Shown here one piece after another: positions 41,001 to 49,806 of a stretch of DNA of 64,000 bases; the first letter of the stretch is position 1, and the number at the start of each line of letters is the position of its first letter. The stretch covers positions 174,483 to 238,482 of the forward strand of contig CAZVRA010000001.1 in assembly GCA_964630055.1 (NCBI GenBank). The letters run 5' to 3'. Both the position numbers and the translations under genes were made by a program. The notes under the pieces are model-generated. The model was not told the DNA's origin. It made no database searches and saw nothing but the letters and a program-made list of their open reading frames with translations. Source of the DNA: an uncultured Candidatus Saccharibacteria bacterium. Lineage in GTDB: Bacteria > Patescibacteriota > Saccharimonadia > Saccharimonadales > CAZVRA01.

Positions 41001-41391
41001 CGTGCGTGACAAGGCACTACATGCGGTAGTTATCATACTCATAAGACATTACCTCGGCCTACATGATAGTGAGGACTTAGAGAGTATAGATATAAATTCG
41101 CCGGAAGTCAGACAAGTAGTTGGGCTTATTCTTGATAGAACCAGGATAGTGGATTCTGTGGAGGCAAACAGTACGGATGAAGAGATTAACAAGATTTTGG
41201 CCAGAATAGACGAATTGAAGCGAGAGACTGCCGGTATAACCTATGGAACACAATCGCACGTAAAATCTGCAACGGATAAGCTTCCATTAATGCGACCTGC
41301 GCAAGACAAAAAAGGCCTTGGGGAGTACCCCACACTACAGTCGATGAGAAGTACTGACTCTGAATGCTATGTAACTTTGGATCACTCGTAA
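38026..41391 (+). CDS. Large SF2 DEAH-box helicase with an inserted Zn ribbon (DrmA-like)
   Basis: Motif I FPTGGGKTEAY, motif II IIQDELHLISG, motif III IIASTAT, motif VI QASSRVGRKNPG. The Zn-ribbon insert is CPWCGTH...CPNGNC. 1121 aa. Confidence 0.6.
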   Translation: MSDIKTKDYIEFRTQILDFVRRDLQGPYEESELIDESPASKYSTGIIFPQISLEVPDDGSLDTREQDDEEVGAIEQASSFYPSATGLSFAVSNGVNTINIKLRYGKYRKITAKDYGDVVVKVSGFEATYQGNLTVQSFFDLGDGYLTLKRPMEMHDRDTLLSMAEDNQQFKDVIYRAFKLCKSGWIRTQHEQDIKLSPDSDLKEQIIEGETLKLVLAVKNIPKSQKKICTISVVNTSKTTKPQSDSDKAYYQLHLALTLDNGRPFEDLNDKSFEESWFDDFEEESLHLLYHKRKLYGVGHGISVDWKTNTESDDAVEVYTTTLPSYIVPQMEFTLAGSSQKPDLSIATYAYKERGEIIDNLRLLTSSYSEWIEAIEQESKALPSNLQNIAAKHVEKCKDSLTRMLNGIEIVSKNDDVFRAFQHANEAMLMQRSHTRLQNTKSFADENVSMPESYRNEKDEWRPFQIAFIIMNLVSMSDTDSSERDIVDLIWFPTGGGKTEAYLGLTAFTIFFRRIKYKDRAGGTTVIMRYTLRLLTSQQFQRACTLICACENIRKSTSLYGDEPITVGLWLGSASTPNTLEDAKYRVGELHRGGSQAENPFQVIDCPWCGTHMTKVDRRGIFCYEIKSRPKQFYMWCPNGNCTFSDKQGGLPIIVVDDDIYNRPPTLLFGTVDKFAMLPWKKEASSLFALNNGNQNISPSLIIQDELHLISGSLGTVVGLYETAIDILCSAKSIKPKIIASTATIRKAQEQCKSLYARDVAQFPSPGIDASDSFFAREAPVDDNTPGRLYVGVMPSGKTSTTMQVRLMADVIQGVEILDTDDAVKDTYWTQVVYCNSIRELGSSKSIVFDDVKEYSKSLAKYYGKKPRFYGDRNVQELTSRISAENIPEILRMLENSYPSKDAVDVLLATNMISVGVDINRFGIMTVLGQPKTTSEYIQASSRVGRKNPGLVLTLYSPVKSRDRSHYEQFLRYHQSLYRFVEPTSVTPFSAPVRDKALHAVVIILIRHYLGLHDSEDLESIDINSPEVRQVVGLILDRTRIVDSVEANSTDEEINKILARIDELKRETAGITYGTQSHVKSATDKLPLMRPAQDKKGLGEYPTLQSMRSTDSECYVTLDHS

Positions 41392-43211
41392 TGGCGTACA
41401 GCTCTGACAAAAAACCAACTCTAAGACGTAGTCAAACCATAACCACATTTGGCGTGGGCGCAATAGTAGACTTGCCCGATGCATCTGCGATGGTATGTGG
41501 AATTGAGAAATGGAATACTAAAGGTTGCATACCCCTGCACGATGCTCGGCTAGAAACAAAACTTAATGCCAGCCATTTTTATATGCCTCCTAGCACAGAG
41601 GAGTCGGCAGAGGGTGTTATAGCTGTAAGATTCCCGAGATATTTGAGATGCCGCAAATGTAACTACATTAGAGATATAAATGTATGGCGTGATAGAGCCG
41701 CTGCCGGTAATTTCTACAAAGACTTTGACGTACAACCTTACTGTGACATAGATAAGATACAGCTCATACCTTCCAGGTTTGTTGTTGCCTGTCGTAGGGG
41801 TCATATAGACGATTTTCCTTATGAACAGTGGGTTCATGGTGATGCCTTATGTAACAACCCATCTCTAAAATACATCGAAACAGCTAGCACAGTTGGGCTT
41901 GGCGGTATCCTAATAAAATGTGACTGTGGGAAGAGCCAAAGCATGGCAGCTTCATTTAATAAGGATAAGTTGGCTAACATAGCCTCTTGTAGAGGCGCAA
42001 AACCTTGGGTTATGGAATGGAGTTCGCAGTGTGGGGAGCAGCTGGTTGCGCTACAGCGTGGTGGCACTAACGTACACTTCCCCATACTCCGTAGTTCAAT
42101 ACTCATCCCACCCTACAGTTCTGAGGGGTTGAGGAAGAAGATAGTATCATCAGATTTATGGGGCGTATATGAATCCCAAAGCGGAGGCATAGAGATAGAT
42201 ACTTTGATACCTGCAATTGCCCAGGAAATAGGCGAATCCACTGAAGATGTGCGGACAGAAATTGGTTCTATGCTCAATACAGAAGAACAAGACGATAAGG
42301 CGATACCTGAAGAAGAGTATAGATTTGAAGAGTATGAAGCGTTTACCGGTAATGTGACGATAGACAAACAATACGAAAAAGATTTTCTTATTGAGAAAGT
42401 TCCGACAGAGGGATACAAGATACCACTGATAAAGAACGTGGTTCTTGCTAAGCGTCTGAGGGAGGTCAGGGTGCAGGTTGGGTTTTCGCGCATTAAACCT
42501 CCTACATCTCACGATGAGACGGGGCAAGCTATCCCAGACGAAGAAAAGATTGATGCTGTACCAGTATCACAAAACCGAAGGATTCGTTGGTATCCAGGCT
42601 ATGAGGTTCGTGGGGAAGGTATATTCTTGGAGTTTGATACAAAGGAGTTAAAATCGTGGGCTGCAACAGCCCCAGTGCAGAAACGCCTAAAAGATATGCT
42701 AGACAGGAGCAGCAAGCACCCAGACTCTTTTGGCGTATTAGATACCCTAACTCCAGAGTATCTTGCCCTACACACACTATCTCATTTGCTCATAAAACAA
42801 CTTAGTTTTGAGTGTGGCTACTCGAGTTCTGCACTTAGAGAGCGAATATACGCATCATCGCCACGTAACAGTAGTGTGAAACCTATGTCTGCAATTCTGA
42901 TATACACAGCCGAGGGGGACTCTGACGGTACTCTTGGTGGACTCGTGCGTCAGGGTAAAGCTGATTTATTTAATGACACTTTCAGAAAGGCCATACACCA
43001 AGCCGAATGGTGTGCATCAGATCCATTGTGCATTGAGTCCGATGGTCAGGGTTATCTAGGTATGAACCTTGCAGCATGTCATGCATGCACTATGTTACCC
43101 GAAACCTCATGCGAGATGCTGAACAGATATCTAGACCGAGGTACTATCGTTGGCACCCTAACTTACCCCAATACTGGGCTGTTTTCTGGAATGACACGTG
43201 GCGCAAAGTGA
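41391..43211 (+). CDS. DUF1998-like protein with Cys clusters (DrmB-like); start taken at the TAATG overlap (the ORF track gives 41364)
   Basis: C-terminal WCASDPLC...LAACHACTMLPETSCEM four-Cys cluster as in DUF1998 / MrfB-like domains. A second cluster in the middle, CRKCNY...CDC. Genetically linked to the upstream helicase. Confidence 0.45.
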   Translation: MAYSSDKKPTLRRSQTITTFGVGAIVDLPDASAMVCGIEKWNTKGCIPLHDARLETKLNASHFYMPPSTEESAEGVIAVRFPRYLRCRKCNYIRDINVWRDRAAAGNFYKDFDVQPYCDIDKIQLIPSRFVVACRRGHIDDFPYEQWVHGDALCNNPSLKYIETASTVGLGGILIKCDCGKSQSMAASFNKDKLANIASCRGAKPWVMEWSSQCGEQLVALQRGGTNVHFPILRSSILIPPYSSEGLRKKIVSSDLWGVYESQSGGIEIDTLIPAIAQEIGESTEDVRTEIGSMLNTEEQDDKAIPEEEYRFEEYEAFTGNVTIDKQYEKDFLIEKVPTEGYKIPLIKNVVLAKRLREVRVQVGFSRIKPPTSHDETGQAIPDEEKIDAVPVSQNRRIRWYPGYEVRGEGIFLEFDTKELKSWAATAPVQKRLKDMLDRSSKHPDSFGVLDTLTPEYLALHTLSHLLIKQLSFECGYSSSALRERIYASSPRNSSVKPMSAILIYTAEGDSDGTLGGLVRQGKADLFNDTFRKAIHQAEWCASDPLCIESDGQGYLGMNLAACHACTMLPETSCEMLNRYLDRGTIVGTLTYPNTGLFSGMTRGAK

Positions 43212-44197
43212 GAGAATGATTCTTCCTCGCTAATTGTAGGAACTCGCGGAATCTGCGTCATCAGTGCTTTAGCCATTTCGTTCACTAGCGGCACACATAC
43301 AGAATTGCCGAACTGCCTATAAGCAGGCGTTTTAGTATCTGGGAGGATGAAGGTTTCAGGGAAGCCCATCAACCTGGCGCACTCCCTAGGTGTAAGCATG
43401 CGAGGATTTTTACCCTTCTGCTCTATGAGGTTCTCCCTACCATCCTTACCGTAACGTGACGTGAGTGTACTTGCAATACCGTTGATATCAACAATATGAT
43501 GTCTAAATCCATTGCCTTTTAGTCTATTACGTTCAGAGCGGGCTTTATGCGACTCCCAAAGTCGATCACTAATCGTGTATTGTTCGTCAGGCTTATCTTC
43601 AAGGATATCTTTTAGCCTATGCTTTCTCTGCTTTACCATAGGGAATTTGAAAACAATATCATCACGCATAGCTACCATGAATATTCTTTTTCTTCTGTGG
43701 GGTACCATTAGGGATGCATCAAACACCTGTGAGTTAAACGAATATCCAAGTTTTGTTAGCTCGTCTTTTACTATGGCGAGACTTCTACCCCCGTCATGCC
43801 GTTCGAAGTTGGCTACATTTTCAAGAAATATAACTTTTGGTTTGTGGTACTTAGCTATCCTAACTATCTCGTAGAATAGGTTGCCCTGTTTTTCATCCTG
43901 GAAACCATGTTTTCTTCCAAGTCCTGAGCGTGCCGACACCCCAGCCCTTGAGAATGGCTGACAAGGAAACCCAGCACATAGTATGTCGTGCGAAGGTATC
44001 TCGCTGGCTTTTACCTGCCTTATGTCGCGTGTATCTATTTCATTGCCGTGGTTGCGGCGGTAAGTAGCGACAGCAGAACTATCCACTTCGTTTGTGTACA
44101 CACAGTTAAAACCAGCCTGTTCAAATCCCAGTCTAATACCGCCTATGCCGGCGAATAGATCTATAAAGGTCAGCTTTTGGTCGTCGTCCTGTGTCAT
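43163..44197 (-). CDS. DNA cytosine-5 methyltransferase
   Basis: Motif I FIDLFAGIGG, motif IV GFPCQPFS, motif VI FLENV, motif VIII PHRRKRIF, motif X QFGNSV. Converges on the DUF1998 gene and overlaps it by 49 nt. Confidence 0.85.
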   Translation of the reverse strand: MTQDDDQKLTFIDLFAGIGGIRLGFEQAGFNCVYTNEVDSSAVATYRRNHGNEIDTRDIRQVKASEIPSHDILCAGFPCQPFSRAGVSARSGLGRKHGFQDEKQGNLFYEIVRIAKYHKPKVIFLENVANFERHDGGRSLAIVKDELTKLGYSFNSQVFDASLMVPHRRKRIFMVAMRDDIVFKFPMVKQRKHRLKDILEDKPDEQYTISDRLWESHKARSERNRLKGNGFRHHIVDINGIASTLTSRYGKDGRENLIEQKGKNPRMLTPRECARLMGFPETFILPDTKTPAYRQFGNSVCVPLVNEMAKALMTQIPRVPTISEEESFSHFAPRVIPENSPVLG

Positions 44198-44297
44198 ATG
44201 TGTTTAGGTCTTAAACCATTCTAGCATTAGTAGCGGCTCTCATGGAACATAAGCTCTACCAATTTTTAATAGCCGTAAATAGTTATAAAATTGGGCT

Positions 44298-45068
44298 ATG
44301 AAGCAAGGGCAACGGGCTTGGACGCGTGAAGAACTGATTCTGGTAGTAAACCTATATCTAAAACTACCCTTTGGGAGACTACATAAGCTTAATCCGGAAG
44401 TTGTCGAACTTGCTAGCCTCCTCAACAGAACAACCAATTCAATTGCGCTCAAGTTAGTTAATTTTGCCAGCCTTGACCCCAGTATCAAGGCTCGTGGTTT
44501 CAGCGGTATGAAAAACGCAAGCAAGCTTGATGTCCAGGTATGGCATGAATTCTTCGATAACTGGGAATCCCTTCCTTTCGAAAGCGAAGAACTTCTCGCT
44601 AAACATAGACACACTACTGTTGAGGAGCTGAATCACATCTCGGAGGAAGAATTGCCGAAAGAAGGAATTGATAGAGAACGAATTGTTAAGACTAGGGTCA
44701 ACCAATCACTCTTCAGAAGTTCAATTCTAGCCGCCTACAACAATACATGCTGTATCACCGGTATTAACAAGCCTGAGCTGTTAGTGGCTGGGCATATACG
44801 ACCGTGGGGCATTGATGAAAAAAACAGATTAAATCCGCGAAACGGTTTGGCAATTAACGCACTTCACGACAGGGCATTTGAGTCTGGGCTTCTTACGGTA
44901 ACTCCAGACTATAGAGTACATATATCCTCCGCACTCCTTAAACAGAAAGATGAATTTATTAAAGAATACTTTGGCAGGTACGATAATCAACCAATTATTC
45001 TTCCATCAAGATTCTTACCAGACATCAAGTTCCTTGAATACCATAACAAAGAGAGGTTTATTGCCTAA
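44298..45068 (+). CDS. HNH endonuclease-family protein (HNH_2-like putative restriction endonuclease)
   Basis: CCITGINKPELLVAGHIRPW...NGLAINALHDRAFESGLLTV is the HNH core. Divergent from the C5-MTase. Confidence 0.6.
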   Translation: MKQGQRAWTREELILVVNLYLKLPFGRLHKLNPEVVELASLLNRTTNSIALKLVNFASLDPSIKARGFSGMKNASKLDVQVWHEFFDNWESLPFESEELLAKHRHTTVEELNHISEEELPKEGIDRERIVKTRVNQSLFRSSILAAYNNTCCITGINKPELLVAGHIRPWGIDEKNRLNPRNGLAINALHDRAFESGLLTVTPDYRVHISSALLKQKDEFIKEYFGRYDNQPIILPSRFLPDIKFLEYHNKERFIA

Positions 45069-45148
45069 AGTTTTCCATAAGTTTATACAGAAAAGTCATC
45101 TTATCATCTAGTTCCGGCGAGGTTTGATGAACCAAAAACAAGGGTAGC

Positions 45149-47524
45149 TCAGAGAACTAACGTCTCACCACTCGTTGGTTCGCTAATTTTGGTGCCAGAG
45201 ATACGGCAGTAGAAGTTGTAGGCAGGCAGGTTGCTAATCTCGCCCTTTTCTATGTACGGCTCAAACAATGGTAGCAGCAACTCCTCGTCCTTAGGACTAC
45301 CAGTCCTAAAGGTAACAATTGTCCCTACATTAGCTAGGATGATATCAATCAACTTTTGATTATCCTGTTGCTGGGTGCTTTGTTCTGCCATGGTGACGTA
45401 AACCTTATATTTTCTGGCCTCGCTGAGCATCTGAGTAAACGAAACCGTCGCAAAGTTCTGGAACTCATCTACGTACAGGTGGAACGGCTTGCGCGTAGTC
45501 TGTTTTTGTTCTGAACGCTTCAATGCCGCTAGCTGGAGCTTGGCTAGTATGGTCGTTCCAAATAATGACGATGTGTCCTCTCCCAGGCGTCCTTTAGAAA
45601 AGTTGCACACCAGTATCTTGCCGTCCAACACCTCGCTGAAGTCTATGTCTGATTTTTCTTTCTCTAACATAGTGCGTGCACTGGCTGAGAACAGGAATCG
45701 ACCTATTTTGGCCGTGATACCAGCCGCCATCTTTACCTTCTGCATACTACCAGCCTTGCCCAGCTCGTTCTTCCAAAATGCCTTGAGGTCTTCATTCTTG
45801 AGATCTTTGATGACCTTCTTGGCATACTTGCCGTCGTTTAGTAACCGGAAAATAGTAAACAGTGTAGGATTATCAGTAGTGAATGCCGTATGTATGGTGT
45901 TGCGCAGTATGTACTCTATCCTGTGACCGCCGGTGTCATCATCTGAAAACACTTTGCGCATAACAGATATAACCGACTCCGTAACCCTATCTTTCTCGCG
46001 CAGTAGGTCGTTGCCGCTCAAGCCCTCTGGTAACTCCAGTAGGTTCACACCAATGGGGTGGTCTAGGTCGTCGGGGTTGAGGTAGATTAAATCTTTTTCG
46101 CGCTCTTTTGGAACATACTCGAGCAATTCTTCTGCCAGATCACCGTGTGGATCAATAATAGCCACGCCTTTGCCAGCACGTATATCCTGTACAATCTGGT
46201 ATTTGAGCATAGTGGTCTTGCCGCTGCCGGTGCCACCGACTATGTACATGTGCCGTTCTCGCTCTGCCGCAGTTAGCCCAATGGGTGTTTCTTCTTCGTG
46301 ATGTTTGTTTACCCCAATGATTACATCAAAGTTTTGATTGCTCCTCAGGCTCATAGGAGCCGCTAGCGTCTTGTTGTGCGAGCGCACCATACCCTCTACC
46401 TTCATAACACCGTGCGGAAAATGGTATAGACTGCCCAACTCCGCGGCACTAAGTATCAGGGAGTTTTTGTTAATGATTGCTGACAGGCGACTATTGAACA
46501 GTTTGTTTTTGTAGTTTTGCCAACCATTACCACCAAACGGGTTGAACAAGATAATTGACTGAAAACCAGGCCTGTCTAGGACCTTAAGTGATCCGACAAA
46601 GTCATCGACTATTTCCTGGCTATCTCGGGCATTTATGCTCAAGCGCATGTCTACCTTAGCCAGTGGCTGGTCAAGCTTCTGGATAATCTCTTCGTATAGC
46701 TTCTCTTCTGCCTGAGTCAAAGGTGCTGGCGGTTCGTTATTGCTAAAATAGCCAATCGCTCCAATAACCAGCGCTGATATAAGTCCTAGAGCCCAGTTCT
46801 TTGCCAAAATACCAATAATTGCACCAGGCAACCACACCCATGCATACGCCAGCAGATAATACTTAATGCCGCCTCCTACGTGGGTGCGACCATCTTTGAG
46901 AAGCCTGTTATACAGGCGACCAACACCCCTTGAGCCAAACGGCCTCACTACAAGCTGGAGCGACACATTGTCCTTACCGCCAAGCCGAGTGAAGGTGCTG
47001 GCGATAAAGCCTATGGGGTCGGTTTTGGCAGCGTCAGTGTAAGTCTTGAGCGGATATGCAAAGTGCTGCCTAAGCTTGAATGTGTAGACTCGTGAGTTGG
47101 TGTTTATCTGCGGAACCTCTGTGGTAGATATCCTAACCTCGGGCATATATGAACTGATTTGTTTCTTGATGCCCTTAGCCGAGTGCTTTTCGGCAATTAT
47201 CAGATACCTGACACCTTTAGACTTGTTGCTGGTTATCTCTAGCGATAGACGCTCTTTTGCGTATATGCGCTGTAATACGCGCATAAAGTTCTGGGTATGC
47301 TCGGGATCGACCTGATTCTTATGAGGCGGCGTTATTTCTATGCAGACTAGCTCACGCCCTTTGAATAATGCCAGAATGTCTTGGAGCAAAGAGTAGGTTG
47401 GTATCAGTACGTATTTGTACAAAATATACGCCAGAATAGATATCACTACCGCATTCACGATAACCTCGGTGGTCGTATCACCGAATATTCTAGTGAATAG
47501 TGAGGTAGAAAATATGCCGTACAT
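45149..47524 (-). CDS. Membrane-anchored FtsK/HerA/TraD-superfamily P-loop ATPase (type IV coupling protein-like)
   Basis: N-terminal TM helices. Walker A YIVGGTGSGKTT, then IIDPHGD. Walker B LYVDEFQNF. 791 aa. Confidence 0.5.
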   Translation of the reverse strand: MYGIFSTSLFTRIFGDTTTEVIVNAVVISILAYILYKYVLIPTYSLLQDILALFKGRELVCIEITPPHKNQVDPEHTQNFMRVLQRIYAKERLSLEITSNKSKGVRYLIIAEKHSAKGIKKQISSYMPEVRISTTEVPQINTNSRVYTFKLRQHFAYPLKTYTDAAKTDPIGFIASTFTRLGGKDNVSLQLVVRPFGSRGVGRLYNRLLKDGRTHVGGGIKYYLLAYAWVWLPGAIIGILAKNWALGLISALVIGAIGYFSNNEPPAPLTQAEEKLYEEIIQKLDQPLAKVDMRLSINARDSQEIVDDFVGSLKVLDRPGFQSIILFNPFGGNGWQNYKNKLFNSRLSAIINKNSLILSAAELGSLYHFPHGVMKVEGMVRSHNKTLAAPMSLRSNQNFDVIIGVNKHHEEETPIGLTAAERERHMYIVGGTGSGKTTMLKYQIVQDIRAGKGVAIIDPHGDLAEELLEYVPKEREKDLIYLNPDDLDHPIGVNLLELPEGLSGNDLLREKDRVTESVISVMRKVFSDDDTGGHRIEYILRNTIHTAFTTDNPTLFTIFRLLNDGKYAKKVIKDLKNEDLKAFWKNELGKAGSMQKVKMAAGITAKIGRFLFSASARTMLEKEKSDIDFSEVLDGKILVCNFSKGRLGEDTSSLFGTTILAKLQLAALKRSEQKQTTRKPFHLYVDEFQNFATVSFTQMLSEARKYKVYVTMAEQSTQQQDNQKLIDIILANVGTIVTFRTGSPKDEELLLPLFEPYIEKGEISNLPAYNFYCRISGTKISEPTSGETLVL

Positions 47525-47631
47525 TTTTGTCCTCTAGTCTCATTTTATGCCACCCCTGTAACAATTACGAGCATGAGCAATATGAGGCCCGGAAATCTCC
47601 TATACTTTTCTTGAGGTAACAAGGAGTTTTT

Positions 47632-49080
47632 ATGGCAAAAATTAACACCAATGCAGTGATACTTGCGAGAGTATCCAGTAAAGCCCAGGAAGACGGTTAT
47701 TCGTTGGACGCCCAGACCAAACTGATACGTGCTTACTGTGCGAGAAACAAACTAGACATAATCAAAGAGTTTCGTATATCCGAAACAGCCTCTAAAAATG
47801 AGCAGAGGAACATATTCAGAGAGATGCTGGCCGAGATTAACCGCAGGGGCATAAACCACCTTGTAGTGGAGAAAACTGACCGCCTAACACGTAACTTCAA
47901 AGACGCTGTCGTGGTAGATGACTGGCTGGAACAGGACGAGAATCGGCGGCTACATATGGTCAAGGAGAGCCTGATCATCCATAAACACGCCAAGTCTGAC
48001 ACGAAGCTAATGTGGAACATATTCTTAGCCATCGCCAAGAAATACACTGATAATCTCAGAGAAGAAGTCATGAAAGGCTGGGATGAAAAGCTGGCGCAAG
48101 GATGGATGCCAGCAGTGCCTCCGCCTGGCTATAAAACTATCACAGAGAATGGTAGGAAGATTCACGTTATAGATGAAGACACAGCGTTTATGGTCGAGAG
48201 GGCCTTTAAGTATTTTCTGTTGCCCGAGGGTTGCGTACGAACTGTTGCAGAAGAATTAAGGAGGTGCGGCTTAACAACTGGCAAGGGTAATCCGCACTCC
48301 AAAAGTGCCGTACACAAAATACTTACCAATAAGTTTTATGTGGGGACAATACAATTCAACGGCAATGAGTATCCGGGTGCTCACGAGCCACTGATAGATA
48401 AAGCTCTTTTCAGCAGGGTGCAGAAAAAGATGAATAGAAGAAACGGCATTAAATCTAGTGACTTAAAGTTCTTGTTCAAGGGGTTTATAAGATGTTCAAC
48501 ATGCGGTGCTTTAGTGACTTGGCAGAGGCAAAAAGGACGCCACTACGGCTCCTGCCAGCGCAGAAGTGAGGCATGCAAAAAAGGCTTCATGAGAGAAGAT
48601 CGGGTCGAAGAAATCATCATAGATAGGCTGGGCAAAATTGACGACAAAGACGGTGTACTGTTTGAATCTGTAAAGACAACGTTACTCGAGTACAGGAATC
48701 CATTCTCGGGTACTGATGTGACCAAAATGGAGAGGCTACTCACTGCTCAACTAAGGCGGCTCAAGATGATGGATACAGCCTTGTATGACGATAAGCTTAC
48801 GGGGCTAATTGACCAATCTGTCTACGTGCAAAAAGCTGAGCGCATCAAGCTAAGGGTAGATAGAGTCGAGGCAAGGCTCAGCGAGCTAGAGCTACATGTA
48901 AAAAATATTGAGGACATAACAACGCGCAAAAAATCCAGGTATGCGATGAGAAAACTATATATGCAGTCTGGTTTTGCCGAAAAGCGGCTGATTATCGATA
49001 ATCTGCTCCGTCTAACCTCAAAAGACAATGAAGTGCATATTGACTTGCTACCTATGACAAAGGCCGCCTCTGGAGTATAA
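47632..49080 (+). CDS. Large serine recombinase
   Basis: N-terminal AVILARVSSKAQEDGYSLDAQ catalytic Ser motif. Recombinase domain, Cys-rich zinc ribbon (CSTCGAL...CQRRSEAC) and a C-terminal coiled coil. 482 aa. Confidence 0.8.
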   Translation: MAKINTNAVILARVSSKAQEDGYSLDAQTKLIRAYCARNKLDIIKEFRISETASKNEQRNIFREMLAEINRRGINHLVVEKTDRLTRNFKDAVVVDDWLEQDENRRLHMVKESLIIHKHAKSDTKLMWNIFLAIAKKYTDNLREEVMKGWDEKLAQGWMPAVPPPGYKTITENGRKIHVIDEDTAFMVERAFKYFLLPEGCVRTVAEELRRCGLTTGKGNPHSKSAVHKILTNKFYVGTIQFNGNEYPGAHEPLIDKALFSRVQKKMNRRNGIKSSDLKFLFKGFIRCSTCGALVTWQRQKGRHYGSCQRRSEACKKGFMREDRVEEIIIDRLGKIDDKDGVLFESVKTTLLEYRNPFSGTDVTKMERLLTAQLRRLKMMDTALYDDKLTGLIDQSVYVQKAERIKLRVDRVEARLSELELHVKNIEDITTRKKSRYAMRKLYMQSGFAEKRLIIDNLLRLTSKDNEVHIDLLPMTKAASGV

Positions 49081-49089
49081 TATTAGACA

Positions 49090-49305
49090 ATGATTGATAA
49101 GGAAATTAAAGCTTCGCTGAAAACGACACTCCGCAAGGCGCGTAGAATTGTTGACATGAGCCAGCGTGAAGTTGCCGAAAAGATTGGCACAAGCGAAGTT
49201 TATTACGCCAAGATAGAACGTGGCGAGGCTGTGCCATCACTAAGAATGCTTGGTAAGATCGTGCGTGCCATTGGCGTATCGTCAAAAGATGTACTGCCGT
49301 TTTAG
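49090..49305 (+). CDS. XRE-family HTH transcriptional regulator (71 aa)
   Basis: MSQREVAEKIGTSEVYYAKIERGEAVPS is a helix-turn-helix. Confidence 0.55.
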   Translation: MIDKEIKASLKTTLRKARRIVDMSQREVAEKIGTSEVYYAKIERGEAVPSLRMLGKIVRAIGVSSKDVLPF

Positions 49306-49306
49306 G

Positions 49307-49504
49307 CTATTCTTCAGTTTCTTTGTGTAGATTTTCCAGCATATTTTCCAGCTGGTCGGGGTCGGTTTGAGCTAGCTCACGGACTTCCATTTTGGTCTTG
49401 AGTAGCAGGTTGATTGCATCCTCACGGGTTGCATCAGGCTGTACGCGCTGGAGGCTCTCCAGCACGGTTTCTATATCTTTGTCGTTCAACTCATATCCAC
49501 TCAT
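49307..49504 (-). CDS. Small acidic hypothetical protein (65 aa)
   Basis: ORF converging on the XRE gene. Confidence 0.3.
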   Translation of the reverse strand: MSGYELNDKDIETVLESLQRVQPDATREDAINLLLKTKMEVRELAQTDPDQLENMLENLHKETEE

Positions 49505-49646
49505 GTATGCTCCACGATATACTTACGGTTCAAAATTTCCCCTGTTAGTATAGCAGTCCTCGATGCGTAAACCAGCATCCTCAAGCAACCTGTCCATTTC
49601 CTCTATAGAAGACGCAAGATGTTTCCAGTATAATCCCCTAGAGCTC

Positions 49647-49689
49647 ACCAAATTAAGATACCCACCATAGGTGGGTATCTTAATTTGGT
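49647..49689. repeat. Perfect 20-bp inverted repeat (accaaattaagatacccacc / ggtgggtatcttaatttggt) with a 3-nt spacer
   Basis: Read directly from the sequence. Three further hairpins follow (49691-49710, 49715-49728, 49781-49806). Confidence 0.75.
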
Positions 49690-49780
49690 AGGTTTCGCTC
49701 TGGCGAAACCAAAGCGAACTCCGGTTCGAAGAACAAGGCAGCGCGCAGGAGCTTGCTGCGAGCACTGCTGAAGTTCGCAA

Positions 49781-49806
49781 GCCCAAAATACTAAAGTATT
49801 TTGGGC
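49781..49806 (+). terminator. Terminator-like hairpin gcccaaaatact-aa-agtattttgggc followed by TTATT
   Basis: 12-bp perfect stem. The T-rich tail is only on the + strand. Confidence 0.35.
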
